This document shows, in pieces, positions 11,695-24,449 of a stretch of 64,000 bases of DNA. How positions within the stretch are numbered: the stretch's first letter is position 1; every line of letters begins with the position of its first letter. The DNA comes from Octopus sinensis (lineage: Eukaryota): positions 30,082,464-30,146,463 of the forward strand of contig NC_043011.1 in assembly GCF_006345805.1 (NCBI RefSeq), given 5' to 3'. Under the pieces are notes generated by a model. That model was not told the DNA's origin and ran no database searches. It saw nothing but the letters and a program-made list of their open reading frames with translations. Position numbers and translations under genes: made by a program.

Positions 11695-12506
11695 CATAAT
11701 CTAGGATGTACAACTCAAACACATAAAAGTGAGTTAGATGAATCACATTTATTCATGTTCTTTATCCACTTCTGCATTGCACGTTTGTTCATTCTTGTTC
11801 TGTTATGTTTGGTCCAATTATCTGGCAACTTATTGTTGCTGGCACAACCAGAAGGGAAGTAATATTATTGTAAAGCTCGAAATTGTGTATATATAATTTT
11901 CTTATAAGCTTTCATAAGTTAACAAAGGAAAAAGACACTTGTATATTATGTAATAAAATGGGCAGATTATTTATACATTATAATAAATTTTGTTTCTTTC
12001 ATAACAGTCAATTCATTTTACTAAATGGATCCATATTAAAGAATGTTTCAAGTGTGGAAAGGTAAATTGTATGATTTTAATTTACTTTTCTACGTTCTGA
12101 CAGTTTTTTAATATGAAACCATTTGGTAACTTGAAATGGCTGTTAAGAAACAAAACCTATAATATTGTATAAATAATATATATAGACATAGTCATTTATT
12201 CTTTTACTGGTTTCAGTTATTGGACAGCAACCATACAGAGCCAACCACCACCACCACCACCACCGCCACCTTCAATGACATAGTCAATCATATATCAACA
12301 AAATTTCATTTATAAAACTTAGTTCATGTTTTATTGATCTGTATTTTTATTGAACCACTAAGTTATGGCACATAAACAACTGAAAACATGAACACAGATA
12401 TGTGAAATTTTATGCATGCACAAGTGTCTTCTACTATATTATCAAGCCTTATGAGTGGATTTGATAGACAGAAGATGAAAGAAGCTGAGCTGACAGACAG
12501 CTGAAA

Positions 12507-12735
12507 AGGCGGCGAGCTGGCAGAAACATTAGCACACTGGGCGAAATGCTTTGTGGTATTTCGTCCACTGCCACGTTCTGAGTTCAAATTCCACCGAGGT
12601 CGACTTTGCCTTTCATCCATTCAGGGTCGATTAAATAAGTACCAGTTACACACTGGGGTTAATATAATCGACTTAATCCGTTTGTCTATCCTTGTTTGTT
12701 TCTCTGTGTGTAGCCCCTTGTGGGCAATAAATAAG
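12507..12735 (+). mobile_element. tRNA-headed SINE (family E, GCCTTTCATCC..GGTCGAT core)
   Basis: Repeated many times, e.g. 32625-32840, 37618-37830, 51712-52135, 52769-53000 (minus), 53265-53480. Confidence 0.8.
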
Positions 12736-13071
12736 ATGAAAGAAGACCACTGCATGCGTGTGTGTGTGTGTATGTGCATTTGTGTGTGTGTATCTATGTC
12801 TGTGTGTCTTTGTGTCTGTGTTTGTCCCTCCATCACCACTTGACAACCAGTGTTGGTGTGTTTGCATCCCCATAACATAGCGGTCTGGCAAAAGCGACTG
12901 ATAGAACAATTGCTAGGCTTAAGAAAAAAGTCCTGGGGTCGAGGTGGTGCTCCAGCATGGCCGCAGTCAAATGACCGAAACAAATAAAAGAAAAGAATAA
13001 ATACATTGAAAAGTTTCTTTTATAATTGTCCAACTCAGCTCCACATGACTTAAAGTACATGTGTGTAGTAT

Positions 13072-13142
<71 letters not shown>

Positions 13143-13263
13143 TATACACACATTTATATATATATATATATTATATATATATATACATGCATACATTTAT
13201 ATATATATACATATATACATACATACATATATACATACATACATTTATATATATATATGTAAA

Positions 13264-13506
13264 TAAAATCACAATAAGGGTGAAAAAAATTGAATATTAA
13301 TTAATAACATCAATTTAAAACACCAAGTGGCCTAGCGTATAAAGACTGGGATACAGTAAAAATTATTAATACAAGTAATGAGAGAGAGTCCACATGTGGT
13401 CACTCTAACGCTACTGTATCCCAGTCTTTATATGCTAGGCCACTTGGTGTTTTAAATTGATGTTATTAATTAATATTCAATTTTTTTCACCCTTATTGAG
13501 ATTTTA
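13264..13506. repeat. 95-bp-arm inverted repeat with 53-bp spacer, part of an interspersed element extending to about 13928
   Basis: 13264-13358 is the reverse complement of 13412-13506 (2 mismatches); spacer segment 13370-13409 recurs inverted at 13889-13928. Confidence 0.85.
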
Positions 13507-13951
13507 ATTATAAATTAATATGTTCTCAAACCGGCAGTAAATTACTGGGGTAGTATTTACATCCGGGTTTCTTTAGCGTGTGAGAATGAGGATATGTGAA
13601 CATAACTGCAGATATAATGGGCTGTGCCATTCGCCTTTGAATCGGCTTCGTGTTGATGTTGGCGTTCGACTCAGCAAATTATATTTTTTTTATATACTCT
13701 ACTGACAATTCGAAAATGATTATGTAAGTAAAATTACACAATCTATTAACGGTGAAACAATTGTATAGAGTTAATCTATTTTTTCGTTATTTTTCATTTG
13801 TCCTGCTCGCTTACATTCTTAGCACGTTGAATTAATTCTTGAGAACAATTCTTTGGTGGTGGATTCCCTTTGCAGATCTACTTTTAGTGTTAGAGTGACC
13901 ACATGTGGACTCTCTCTCATTACTTGTATATATATATATATATATACATTT

Positions 13952-13996
<45 letters not shown>

Positions 13997-14041
13997 TATA
14001 TATATATATACATTTATATATATATATACATTTATATATAT

Positions 14042-14075
<34 letters not shown>

Positions 14076-14166
14076 AAGGGAAAGTTTACGAAAATAAACA
14101 AAAGATGAAGGTAGGTGGAGTACAAACAAACAAATTTATTAGTATATCGCTCAGGAATAGAAATAG

Positions 14167-14204
14167 TCTTTTATGTTTCGAGCCTACGCTCTTCGACAGA
14201 AAGA
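14167..14204 (-). ncRNA. Degenerate minimal hammerhead in a Penelope-like LTR (about 14090-14285)
   Basis: TCTTT-CTGTCGA-A-GAGC-GTAG-GCTC-GAAA-CA-TA-AAAGA; A6 is substituted and stem III is decayed. Confidence 0.5.
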
Positions 14205-14483
14205 TACACAGAGAGAAACATGGAGAGAAAAAAAGGAGAGAAAAAAAATGCGTGTAGGAGCTAACGATCTATCATGGCATCCTATACATTTATATATATA
14301 TATACATTTATATATATATATATATATATATAATTCATAAATGAGGGCAAAGGAAGAAATTTCCAATGCCAGATATGCCGAAAAATTGGACATATTGTCC
14401 ATTAACCATATAATGTTTTCACAATACGCACGCTACTCGAAAAAAGGGTCGACAGAAATTTCTAAAAAAATTCCATTATTACC

Positions 14484-14538
14484 ATATCGGACCGATTTCA
14501 GAGTTAGCTACTAAGAGCCCTCTCTTCGTCAGTGATAC
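14484..14538 (-). ncRNA. Minimal type I hammerhead in a Penelope-like LTR (about 14330-14680)
   Basis: GTATCA-CTGACGA-AGAG...CTCT-GAAA-TCGG-TC-CGATAT; canonical core, stem III one change from the palindrome CCGG. Confidence 0.7.
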
Positions 14539-14678
14539 ATGTGGTAAGGGAAATAAATGAGATACTTACTCATACCCACGGAAGAAGCAAATACTAAGTC
14601 GTGGGCACAACTAAGTACCCCAAATACATCCAAAATAGAAATACTCCCGCCCATTCGAAAGAATTTTATCCTCACATT

Positions 14679-14716
<38 letters not shown>

Positions 14717-14733
14717 TTATATATATATACATT

Positions 14734-14772
<39 letters not shown>

Positions 14773-14859
14773 ATATATATACTATATATACTATTTAAAA
14801 GCTATTTTAAAATGTTTCAGCTTCAAAGCTGCAGCCATGCTGAATGTTTTCTTTTTATC

Positions 14860-15240
14860 TAGGATAATTGTCTATTTATGAAGAGGTAAAAAGTATTAAG
14901 TTATTGTTTGTAACTTGCATAGTTCAGATCTACCGAATAGAGCAGCTACATTGACTCAGTTAATATATTGTTAGAAAGATGTAATGAATTTTTCTTTAGT
15001 GTTCTGTTTAGACGTTGTTTGCTTAACACTTGAAAATTGAGTCCAGTATTGTTTTTGTAGATTCTGCTAATTTCTTGAGACTATTAGCTATTCAATACTT
15101 CTCAATAAATGTTTAGTAGATGTTATTAAACACCTTCAAAAACATTTATCATCAGATAATGTCTCACAGAATTATTAAATTTTTATACACTCAGAATATA
15201 ACATACTCTTAGTTCAGATATATTGTTATTATATACCAAG
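14860..15240 (-). mobile_element. Possible decayed N-terminal part of a Penelope ORF
   Basis: NSLHLSNNILTESM*LLYSVDLNYA resembles the PLE pre-RT motif NLS...LT..E..LL..GLNYA; several stops. Confidence 0.3.
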
Positions 15241-15261
15241 TTTTCTTTGAATGCTATTTAA

Positions 15262-15645
15262 ATATTCTTTTATTCTTTTACTTGTTTCAGTCATTTGATT
15301 GCGGCCATGTTGAAACACCACCATTTTTTAGTCGAGCAACTCGATCCCAGGACTTATTCTTTGTAAGCCTAGTACTTATTCTATCGGTCTCTTTTTGCCG
15401 AATCTCTAAGTTATGGGGACGTAAACACACCAGCATTGGTTGTCAAGCGATGTTGGTGGTGGGGGGGACAAACACACACACACACATATATATGATGGGC
15501 TTCTTTCAATTTCTGTCTACCAAGGTTTTGGTCGGCCTAAGGCTATAGTAGAAGACACTTGCCCAAGGTGTCCTGCAGTGGGACTGAACCCGGAATCATG
15601 TGGTTGGTAAGCAAGCTACTTACCACACAGCCACTCCTGCGCCTA
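15262..15645 (-). mobile_element. CORE-like tRNA SINE (family B), full length
   Basis: Head GGCGCAGGAGTGGCTGTGTGGTAAG, CORE-like CCTTGGGCAAGTGTCTTC, 3' tail ending in AAGTAAAAGA-like repeats; many copies in the window. Confidence 0.85.
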
Positions 15646-15689
15646 TATGTTCACTTTTTTTAAAAACTTTAATTCAATTTTGTATTACA

Positions 15690-16120
15690 TTGTCATAGCC
15701 AATGACAGTACCGCCTGATTGGCACCCATGCTGGTGGCACGTAAAAAGCATTATTTGAGTGAGGTTGATGCCAGTGCCACCCTACTGGTGGCAAGTAAAA
15801 AGCACCATTCGAGCGTGATTGTTGTCAGTGCCGCCTGACTGGCTGCCAAGCCTGTGGTATGTAAAAGGCACTATTTGAGTGTGGTCAATGCCAGTGCCAG
15901 CTGACTGATCTCATGCCTGTGACATGTAAAATGCACCATTCCAGCATGGTTGTTGCCAGTGCTGCCTGACTGGCCCTTGTGCCAGTGGCAAGTAAAAAGC
16001 ACCCACTACACTCTTGGAGTGGTTGGCGTTAGGAAAGGCATCCAGCTTTAAAAACACTGCCAGATCAGATTGGAGCCTGGTGCAGCCTTCTGGCTTGCCA
16101 ATTCTCAGTCGAACCATCCA
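15690..16120 (+). mobile_element. RTE LINE 3'-UTR-derived repeat with about 60-bp internal tandem units
   Basis: Same sequence follows the RTE ORF at 49437-49870; also at 6495-6598, 18425-18605, 26240-26485, 42110-42428, 57310-57560, 61388-61675. Confidence 0.7.
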
Positions 16121-16544
16121 TGGTACTGATTAACCAAGCCTACACTAAAAGTTACTTACCCAACATACCATGGAATGGTACTGGTCTGAAAACCATGTGA
16201 CTGTGAAGCTTACTTCGAAGCCACATAGCCATATCAGTACCAAAATTGTCCAATACAAAGAATTTTTTTTTACCAATATGTGACTCGTAAATCCCAAGTG
16301 TTCAAACATATCAATACAAATCTCAAAGATAGCAGAATTTGAATAGATTTCTGTTTGCTTTTGCTATGATATCTATCACAATGACTTTTTGTTTGTTTTC
16401 TTTTTTCTGATATGTAACTCTCTTAAATTATGAACCTTATCAATGCAAATATCAAAATCGGGTGGATTTGAGCAAACATCTATTTTACATTTTCCAGTAT
16501 GTAATTCTCATAAACAGTGTGTACACAATCAAATCAACGTAAAC

Positions 16545-16575
<31 letters not shown>

Positions 16576-17243
16576 CATACAAATACATGCATACATACAT
16601 ACATACATGTATGTATAGAAAAAAGTCGGGCTGGTATTGAACACAAATTTGAAAACTTTAAAGCATTCAGCTGGGTGCTAATGGTTCTGTCAATACAGCA
16701 GACTTTTAGAGACACCCAATATATGTTCTAATGGACAAAGAAATAGCAAAGATAATAAAATAGAAAACTAATATTTTCCACAATATTGTTGTTGGATTGT
16801 GTGTTATAAACAACTGGAGTGTGAAAGGTTAAGTAGATGCTTATAGAATATGAATTAAGAAATCTCACAAATAAGCATTTATGTCTATATTGACCTAGGT
16901 TTTTCTGTGTGTGTGTGTGTGTGTGCGTGCGTGTGTACATGTATGAGTGAGGGTTGGGGCATGTTTTGATTGCTTTTGCGTGAGCATCATTGTATGAATG
17001 GACATGTATGTGGACAACGTATATCCAAGTTTAAGAAATAAAAAGAGTCGCCAAAATGGAATACAAACATTAAGCTTTAGATAAATAGCGAGAGAAAGTT
17101 TTTCTGACAAATTAATAATGATGATGATGTTGATGATGATGACGATGACGATGACGGTGATGATGATGATAAGAATGAAGGAGGAGGGAAGAATATTATG
17201 TTGGACAGATGTTAGGTAAGTATACACATAAGCATATATGCAA

Positions 17244-17300
<57 letters not shown>

Positions 17301-17317
17301 CATATGTCTATATATAT

Positions 17318-17382
<65 letters not shown>

Positions 17383-18121
17383 GCAATAAGAAAATGGAGG
17401 GGGCAAGAGGTGGTATTCATCAACTTTTCAACATTATATTATATCTATTTATTTTTAAAAAAACAATTATAACAATATACACACATGTGTATCATATTAT
17501 GCTTTACATATATAATATATAAAATCTATAAATACCAGTAATTACTAAAATATATAACGTAGAGCTTAGAAAGTAGAATAGTATCTTACAGCTGTTTCAG
17601 CCATGAGGCCATAGTACCCCACTTTACTTCCATCCCTTCAGTGAACTGAAGTATTTGGTAGATAAGATTAAGGTACTTGGGTGTGTCTCTGGGCTTCGTC
17701 AGAGAGTTTAGAAAGTTCATAAGGTTAAGTTATAAATATAAATACATACATATATATACACTTTTACATATACATACACATACATATATGCATATGTAAA
17801 AGTGTGTATATATGTATAGTTAGTTTATTTTATTGACTCCAAAAGGATGGACGTCGAAATCAACCACAGCAGAATTTGAACTCAGAACATAATGATGGAT
17901 GAAATACTGCTAAGCATTTTACCTGGTGTGTGAATGATTCTGCCAGCTTGTCACCTTTGTATACTTTAAAATATTGAAAACAAAATTCACTCAAAAATTT
18001 ACAATCCAACATCATTGGTGTACAATAAATTAAAGAGAGAACACCATCTCTTCTTAGATATGCAAAGAAATATAGAGAAAACAAATACACTATCTCAGTA
18101 CACACAAATATCATAAACAAG

Positions 18122-18425
18122 TGACAATATATATTGTTTGTTCCTTCTCAAGCTATGCCTGGCTTATAGGGCCAGTTTCCCGGTTTCATTGGTGCATAGG
18201 TTCCCCACTTGGTTGGGATGCCGGTCTGTTGCAGGTGAGCTGCAAGAGGCAGGAAGAAAGAGTGAGAGAAAGTTGTGGTGAAAGAGTCAGCAGAAGTTCG
18301 CCATTACCTTCTGCCGGAGCCGTGTGGAGCTTAGCTGTTTCGCTCATAAACACACACATCGCCTGGTCTGAGATTCGAACCCGCGATCCCTCGACCGTGA
18401 GTCTGCTGCTCTAACCACTAGGCCA
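18122..18425 (-). mobile_element. tRNA SINE sharing the family A head with a different 3' body
   Basis: Minus strand starts TGGCCTAGTGGTTAGAGCAGCAGACTCACGG...GGTTCGAATCTC and follows family A for roughly the first 190 nt before diverging. Confidence 0.75.
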
Positions 18426-18860
18426 GGGGGGTCCGGCATCGGTCATGATCGGTTGGAGTTTTAACGTGCCACCGGCACGGAAGCCAGCCAAGGCGGCGCT
18501 GGCAACGGCCACGTTCGGATAGTGCTTTTTATGTGCCACCGGCACAGGAGCCAGTCGGGGCGGCGCTGGCATCGGCCACGTTCGGATGGTGCTTTTTATG
18601 TGCCTTTTAATACATATATATATATATAAATAGTAATGGTAAGACAACAAAAGAATGAAAGAGACCTCAATATTATGTAAATAGAGGAATTTATCTGTAA
18701 TATAATATGTGAGAATTATTCAATTGCTATAATTAAACTCCCACATCCCAAACTCGGAGTTTTATTATGGTAACTGAATAATTGTCACATATTATATTAC
18801 AGATATATATATATATATACATTATTATTATTATTATTTTTATTATTATTATTATTATTA

Positions 18861-18898
<38 letters not shown>

Positions 18899-19100
18899 AT
18901 TATTATTATTATATTTTCAGGATCCAAAAGAACCTGGTATTTAAATAGTAAAAGCTACGACGTAGATGGGGCTAGTGCATCTGTGTACCAACAAAGTGTA
19001 CTGACATATACGTACTTGCTAGAGTAAAGTTGGGTTTGTCTTTCCAGTTACACACACATCCAAAGTACTGACTGAATCCACAACATGCCAAAAAAATTAT

Positions 19101-19503
19101 AGGCACAGGAGTGGCTGTGTGGTAAGTAGCTTGCTTACCAATCACATGGTTCCAGGTTCAGTCTCAGTGTGTGGCACCTTGGGCAAGTGTCTTCTACTAT
19201 ATCCTTGGGCCAACCAAAGCCTTGTGAGTGGATTTGGTAGACGGAAACTGAAAGAAGCCCGTCGTATATATGTGTATATGTATATGTGTGTGTGTATGTG
19301 TTTGTGTTTGTCTCTCCAACATCGCTTGACAATTGATGCTTGTGTGTTTACATCCCTGTAACTTAGCAGTTCGGCAAAAGAGACAGATAGAATAAGTACT
19401 AGGCTTCCAAAGAATAAGTCCTGGCGTCGATATGCTTGAGTAAAGGCAGTGTTCCAGCATGGCCACAGTTAAATGACTGAAACGAGTAAAAGAGTAAAGA
19501 GTA
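19101..19503 (+). mobile_element. CORE-like SINE (family B), full length
   Basis: Head, internal (TG)n and tail all present. Confidence 0.85.
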
Positions 19504-19580
19504 GAGGTATACTCACTGCATGTATTCTAGAGTTGACTATAGACTCCAGATCAAAATGTATAGAAGAATAAATTGTGCTA

Positions 19581-19801
19581 TTACTCTTTACTCTCTTTTA
19601 CTCTTTTACTTGTTTCAGTCATTTGACTGCGGCCATGCTGGAGCACCGCCTTTAGTCGAGCAAATTGACCCCGGGACTTATTCTTTGTTAGCCCAGTACT
19701 TATTCTATCGGTCTCTTTTGCCAAACCGCTAAGTGACGGGGACGTAAACACACCAGTATCAGTTGTCAAGCAATGCTAGGGGGACAAACACAGACACACA
19801 A

Positions 19802-19834
<33 letters not shown>

Positions 19835-20004
19835 CATATATACATATATACGACAGGCTTCTTTCAGTTTCCGTCTACCAAATCCACTCACAAGGCATTG
19901 GTCGGCCCGGGGCTATAGCAGAAGACACTTGCCCAAGATGCCACGCAGTGGGACTGAACCCGGAACCATGTGGCTGGTTAGCAAGCTACTTACCACACAG
20001 CCAC
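19581..20004 (-). mobile_element. CORE-like SINE (family B), full length, inverted relative to the 19101 copy
   Basis: Reverse-complement match to the family B copy 78 bp upstream. Confidence 0.85.
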
Positions 20005-20963
20005 ATATATATACATATACATATATAAACCCTAAGTATAACAATGCTGTTCATGAACACCAATCACAGATGAAGGCAGTTTAACATTCAGGTCACTGAC
20101 TTAGGAAAATTTTCCTCTGGGTGATTTAATGCTAATTTGCTAATTTGGTATGATGCTGCATGAACAAGTAGTTACGACTTGTTAATGCAGCAAGATAATT
20201 AGACAAACTTAATTGAACATGTAGGAATAATTATCTCTACATATTATTACCCTGTCACTTCTTGGAAAACCCAATTACATAACTGATTATTTCCCCACTT
20301 TTACAAATCGATCAGGGTGTTTCTCAGACGAGGTCATTCGAACAGCCTAAGGCATAAGAAACATCATTAAAATTTCACTTTCCAACATTAAATTAATCCA
20401 GTGTTTTATATCTATGTTAACCTATACATAACTAATAACATTCTCTTCAGTAAAATTAACATAATATAATGAACCTTGGATTGATTACATTAACACAGTA
20501 GCATAAATGTTTATACAATTATCATTATATTATTAATGCATGCATAATATAATTTACATAAGGCAATATCCTACATTCTAAAAAAAACTGATAATTTAGA
20601 ATGAAGATGATAAGGAAGGTTGTGGTAGGGATTATGATGATGGTGGTGGAGATGATGATGATAATGATGATAGTGTTGGAAGTGCTAGCAGTGAAGAGGA
20701 TGATGGTGGTTATGTTGCTGATAATGCTGCTGATGTAGCTGCAGATGGTTGTTACATAAATTTGTACATGATATTGTTATTTACAATAGTGCAACTATTT
20801 CTATTGTTGCAGCAATTAAATTAAGAAATTAAAATATCTATAGAATATTTCGTTTTTGTATTTGGTTTACAAGATGCTTGATGTGAACTCAAGCATTGAA
20901 ACAGATTTTGTTGTTTCTTGGGAGGGTAATTATGTCGATAATTATGCTGGTTCTATTCACTTC

Positions 20964-20964
<1 letters not shown>

Positions 20965-21051
<87 letters not shown>

Positions 21052-21485
21052 TAGTTTTATTTTTATAGCATGCTTTCACTTCACTACTGAATGCAGCTCT
21101 GTGTGCCTTGGGTATGTGCTGTGGTTTGCTGTGATGCTCTTATGGTTACTGTATTGAAAGTGGTTTGCGTAGGATGTGTGCAGTGCTCTGTAGTGCAATT
21201 TTCTGTATGTTATATGTGTTTGTAAGTCCTGATGTTTTTGTTATGTATTTGTCTGAATATTTTTTTATCATATCTAATGCACCTACTATGATAGGAATTG
21301 TTTCTGTTTTTAGATTCCACATTCGAGTTACCTCTATTTCCAGGTCTTTGTATTTTGAAAGTTTTCCCATTTCTTTTAGAGAAACATTGTCATCTGCTGG
21401 TATTGATACATCAATTAGAAAGCATTTTTTTTTCTTCATGATCTCTGACAACTATATCTGGCCTATTGGCCTTAATTTCTCTTAT
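20965..21485 (-). mobile_element. 5'-truncated R4/Dong-like non-LTR retrotransposon (RLE endonuclease)
   Basis: IREIKANRPDIVVRDHEEKK/CFLIDVSIP...KLSKYKDLEIEVTRMWNLKTETIPIIVGALD (PD-D/E motif, frameshift in an A tract); 3' UTR and (AAT)n tail at 20965-21047. Confidence 0.9.
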
Positions 21486-21616
21486 CATCATCATCATCAT
21501 CATCATCATTTTTATTATTATTATTATTATTATTATCATTATTATTATTGTTATTATTATTGTTATTATTATTATTATTGTTGTTGTTGTTGTTGTTGTT
21601 GTTATTATTATTATTG

Positions 21617-21656
<40 letters not shown>

Positions 21657-21789
21657 CATTTTTATAATTATTATTATTATTACCATTATCATTATTGTTA
21701 TTATTTTATAATTATTATTATTATTATTATCATCATTATCACTATTGTTATTATTATTATTATTATCATTATTGTTATTATTATCATTA

Positions 21790-21823
<34 letters not shown>

Positions 21824-23280
21824 TCAATCCCTTAACAATTAACCAATTAACTAATCAATTGATTAATTAATTATTTTGTCACTTTGTCAACAAGCTAGGT
21901 TTGTCAATGTCCTTTCATTGTGTTTGATGAGCTCATCAATGACATGCCCTCCAATTTGCTGAAGCCAAGAAAAGAACTTTGATAAACCTAACTAATTCAA
22001 TGGGCTTCAAAGTTTTGCACAAGGCCAGAAATTATAGAGGAGAGTATGTTGATTACATCAACTGAAGTGATCAACTAGTTCTTATTTTATCAACTCTGAC
22101 ACAATGAGGGGAAAAGTCAGCAGAATTTAAAGAATGGGAAGAAATGTTGCTAAGCAATTTGTCCAACATGGTAACAATTTTGCCGACTCACTCAGCCAAT
22201 TGAGTAATGATAACAAATGAAGTGAAATAAAACCAGTGCATGCAGTTATCATTGACATAATGACCCTCCCAAGATACAACAACATTTATAGAGTAATGTA
22301 CAAATTTCTAACAGCAAAAAATGTTATAACATTTTAAAGATAATCACAGCTGAACTTCTGAAACTTAATATGTCTCAACTCTTGACATGTGAATACCTTA
22401 ATATTTTGATTTCAAATTTTGGTACAAAGCCAATAATTATGGGGGTGGGGTGTAAATCGATTACATTGACCCCAGTGTTTAACTGGTACTTATTTAATTG
22501 ACCCTGGAAAGATGAAAGGCAAAGTTGACCTCAAAGGAATTTGAACTCAGAACGTAAAGATTCTCAGCACAGTAATGATTCTCCAGTACCCCCACCTTAA
22601 AAATGAATTAATATATTGAGTACCTTTTCTAGTTATGTTTACTCCCTAATTCTCACCTTTCTAATAACCATGACTGGCTTTTCTGTCATTGTTTGTTCCC
22701 CCAACATCGCTTGACAACCGATGCTGGTGTGTATACGTTCCTGTAACTTAGCAGTTTAGCAAAAGAAACCAATAGAATAAGTACTAGGCTTACAAAGAAT
22801 AAGTCCTGGGGTCGATTTGCTCGACTAAAGGTGGTGCTCCAGCATGGCCACAGTCAAATGACTGAAACAAGTAAAAGAGTAAAAAGTAAAAGAGAATATC
22901 AAACTTCTTATCAATCTATCATGGCTGTCCCAGTTGGGATGAATGTTACTGTTGTTTTAGCCCTCAGAAATATCGTCTCCAGCTGGCTATCTGTGTCCTA
23001 ATATTTTTGAACAGGGGAGCCTTATTCGAAAATATAAGGACACAGATGTGTGTTGTATAGCCAGTTGGAGACATTGCTCCATGGGACTAAAACAACAGTA
23101 ACATTCATCCCAACGGGGACTGCCACATTATGTTGGCAAATAATCTTTACTTTAATGTACTGTCACTTTAGAAATAATTAAGAGATTTAGAAATAATAAA
23201 GTTTCTATTCTTATCAATTATTTTTGCTTTTTAAATTATTAATTATTTAAAATATATTGCATAAATACCCACTGAAAATA

Positions 23281-23879
23281 TTTACTCTTTTACTCTTTTA
23301 CTTGTTTCAGTCATTTGACTGTGGCCATGCTGGAGCACCGGCTTTTAGTTGAGGAAATTGACCCCAGGACTTATTCTTTGTAAGCCTAGTACTTATTCTA
23401 ATGGTCTCTTTTGCTGAACCGCTAAGTTACAAGGACGTAAACACACCAGCATTGGTTGGCAACTGATGATGGGGGGACAAACACAGACACACAAACATAC
23501 ATATATACGACGGGCTTCTTTCAGTTTCCCTCTACCAAACCCACTCACAAAGCTTTGGTCACAAGGCTTCGGGCCGACCAAAGCCTTGTGAGTGGATTTG
23601 GTAGACAGAAACTAAAAGAAGCCCATCGTGTTTTTGTATGTGTATATATGTATATGTGTGTGTGTGTGTTTGTGTGTCTGTGTATGTCCCCCCAACATTG
23701 CTTGACAATCGATGCTGGTGTGTTTACGTTCCCGTAACTTAGCAGTTCGGCAAAAGAAACGAATAGAATAAGTACTAGGCTTCCAAAGTATAAGTCCTGC
23801 GGTCGATTTGCTCGACTAAAGACGGTGCTCCAGCATGGCTGCAGTCAAATGACTGAAACAAGTAAAAGAGTAAAAGAGT
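23281..23879. mobile_element. Head-to-head pair of family B SINE halves forming a hairpin
   Basis: 23281-23560 (minus) and 23576-23879 (plus) are reverse complements with a 15-nt loop. Confidence 0.85.
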
Positions 23880-23904
23880 TGCATCTTGCAACCTTTTCAA
23901 TAGT

Positions 23905-24072
23905 CTTTTTACTATTAATGGTGAGATACTATGGATATATTTTGTTGGTAAACTTTCCTCACGGTGAACTTTCCTCATGATGAAATTTCCTCACAGGGAA
24001 CTTTCTTCACAGGGATTTGATGATGGTGAACTTTCCCTGCAATGAGTTGATGGCGGTAATCTTACCTGTAAT
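23905..24072. repeat. Interspersed repeat built of about 17-bp GGTGAACTTTCCTCAC units
   Basis: Second copy at about 40548-40692 with the same boundaries (TTAATGGTGAGATA ... TTACCTGTAATC). Confidence 0.7.
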
Positions 24073-24326
24073 CAAAATAAATTCTGCAAAGTTCAGCATT
24101 CTTACAGTTCCACCAGTTCTCTAGACTGGAATTTTTCATTTACCAAAAGAATGAAAAGTGAAGTTGATTATGGTGGGGTTTAATCTCAGATTGCAGAGAC
24201 TTGGAACAACTATTGTAAGGCATTATATTCAACACCCAAATGACTTAGCCAACTTGTCTGTGTGCTAGGCTTAATCTATCACCAAGATTAACACCAACCC
24301 TAACAATTTAGCTGCTTTTAGCAGAA

Positions 24327-24449
24327 TTAATTTTGTTGCAAGAATTCAGGCCAAGTCTCCAGTTTGAGGAGATCTTCCTTCTTTCCTCTTTCCATCCCAC
24401 CATCCTTAGATATCTTGTAAATGGCTACAGGAACTGCCTTCCCACCTGA
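24327..24449 (-). CDS. Orphan candidate terminal exon (SGGKAVPVAIYKISKDGGMERGKKEDLLKLETWPEFLQQN*)
   Basis: Strong acceptor TTGTTCTTTTTGTATTTAG followed by 40 open codons; no homology recognised and no partner exon found. Confidence 0.2.
   Translation of the reverse strand, partial: SGGKAVPVAIYKISKDGGMERGKKEDLLKLETWPEFLQQN

Noticed and set aside
12008-12061. 54-nt segment with a good acceptor and AAG|GTAAAT donor
   Set aside because: Too short to assess and no partner exon; expected by chance in AT-rich DNA.
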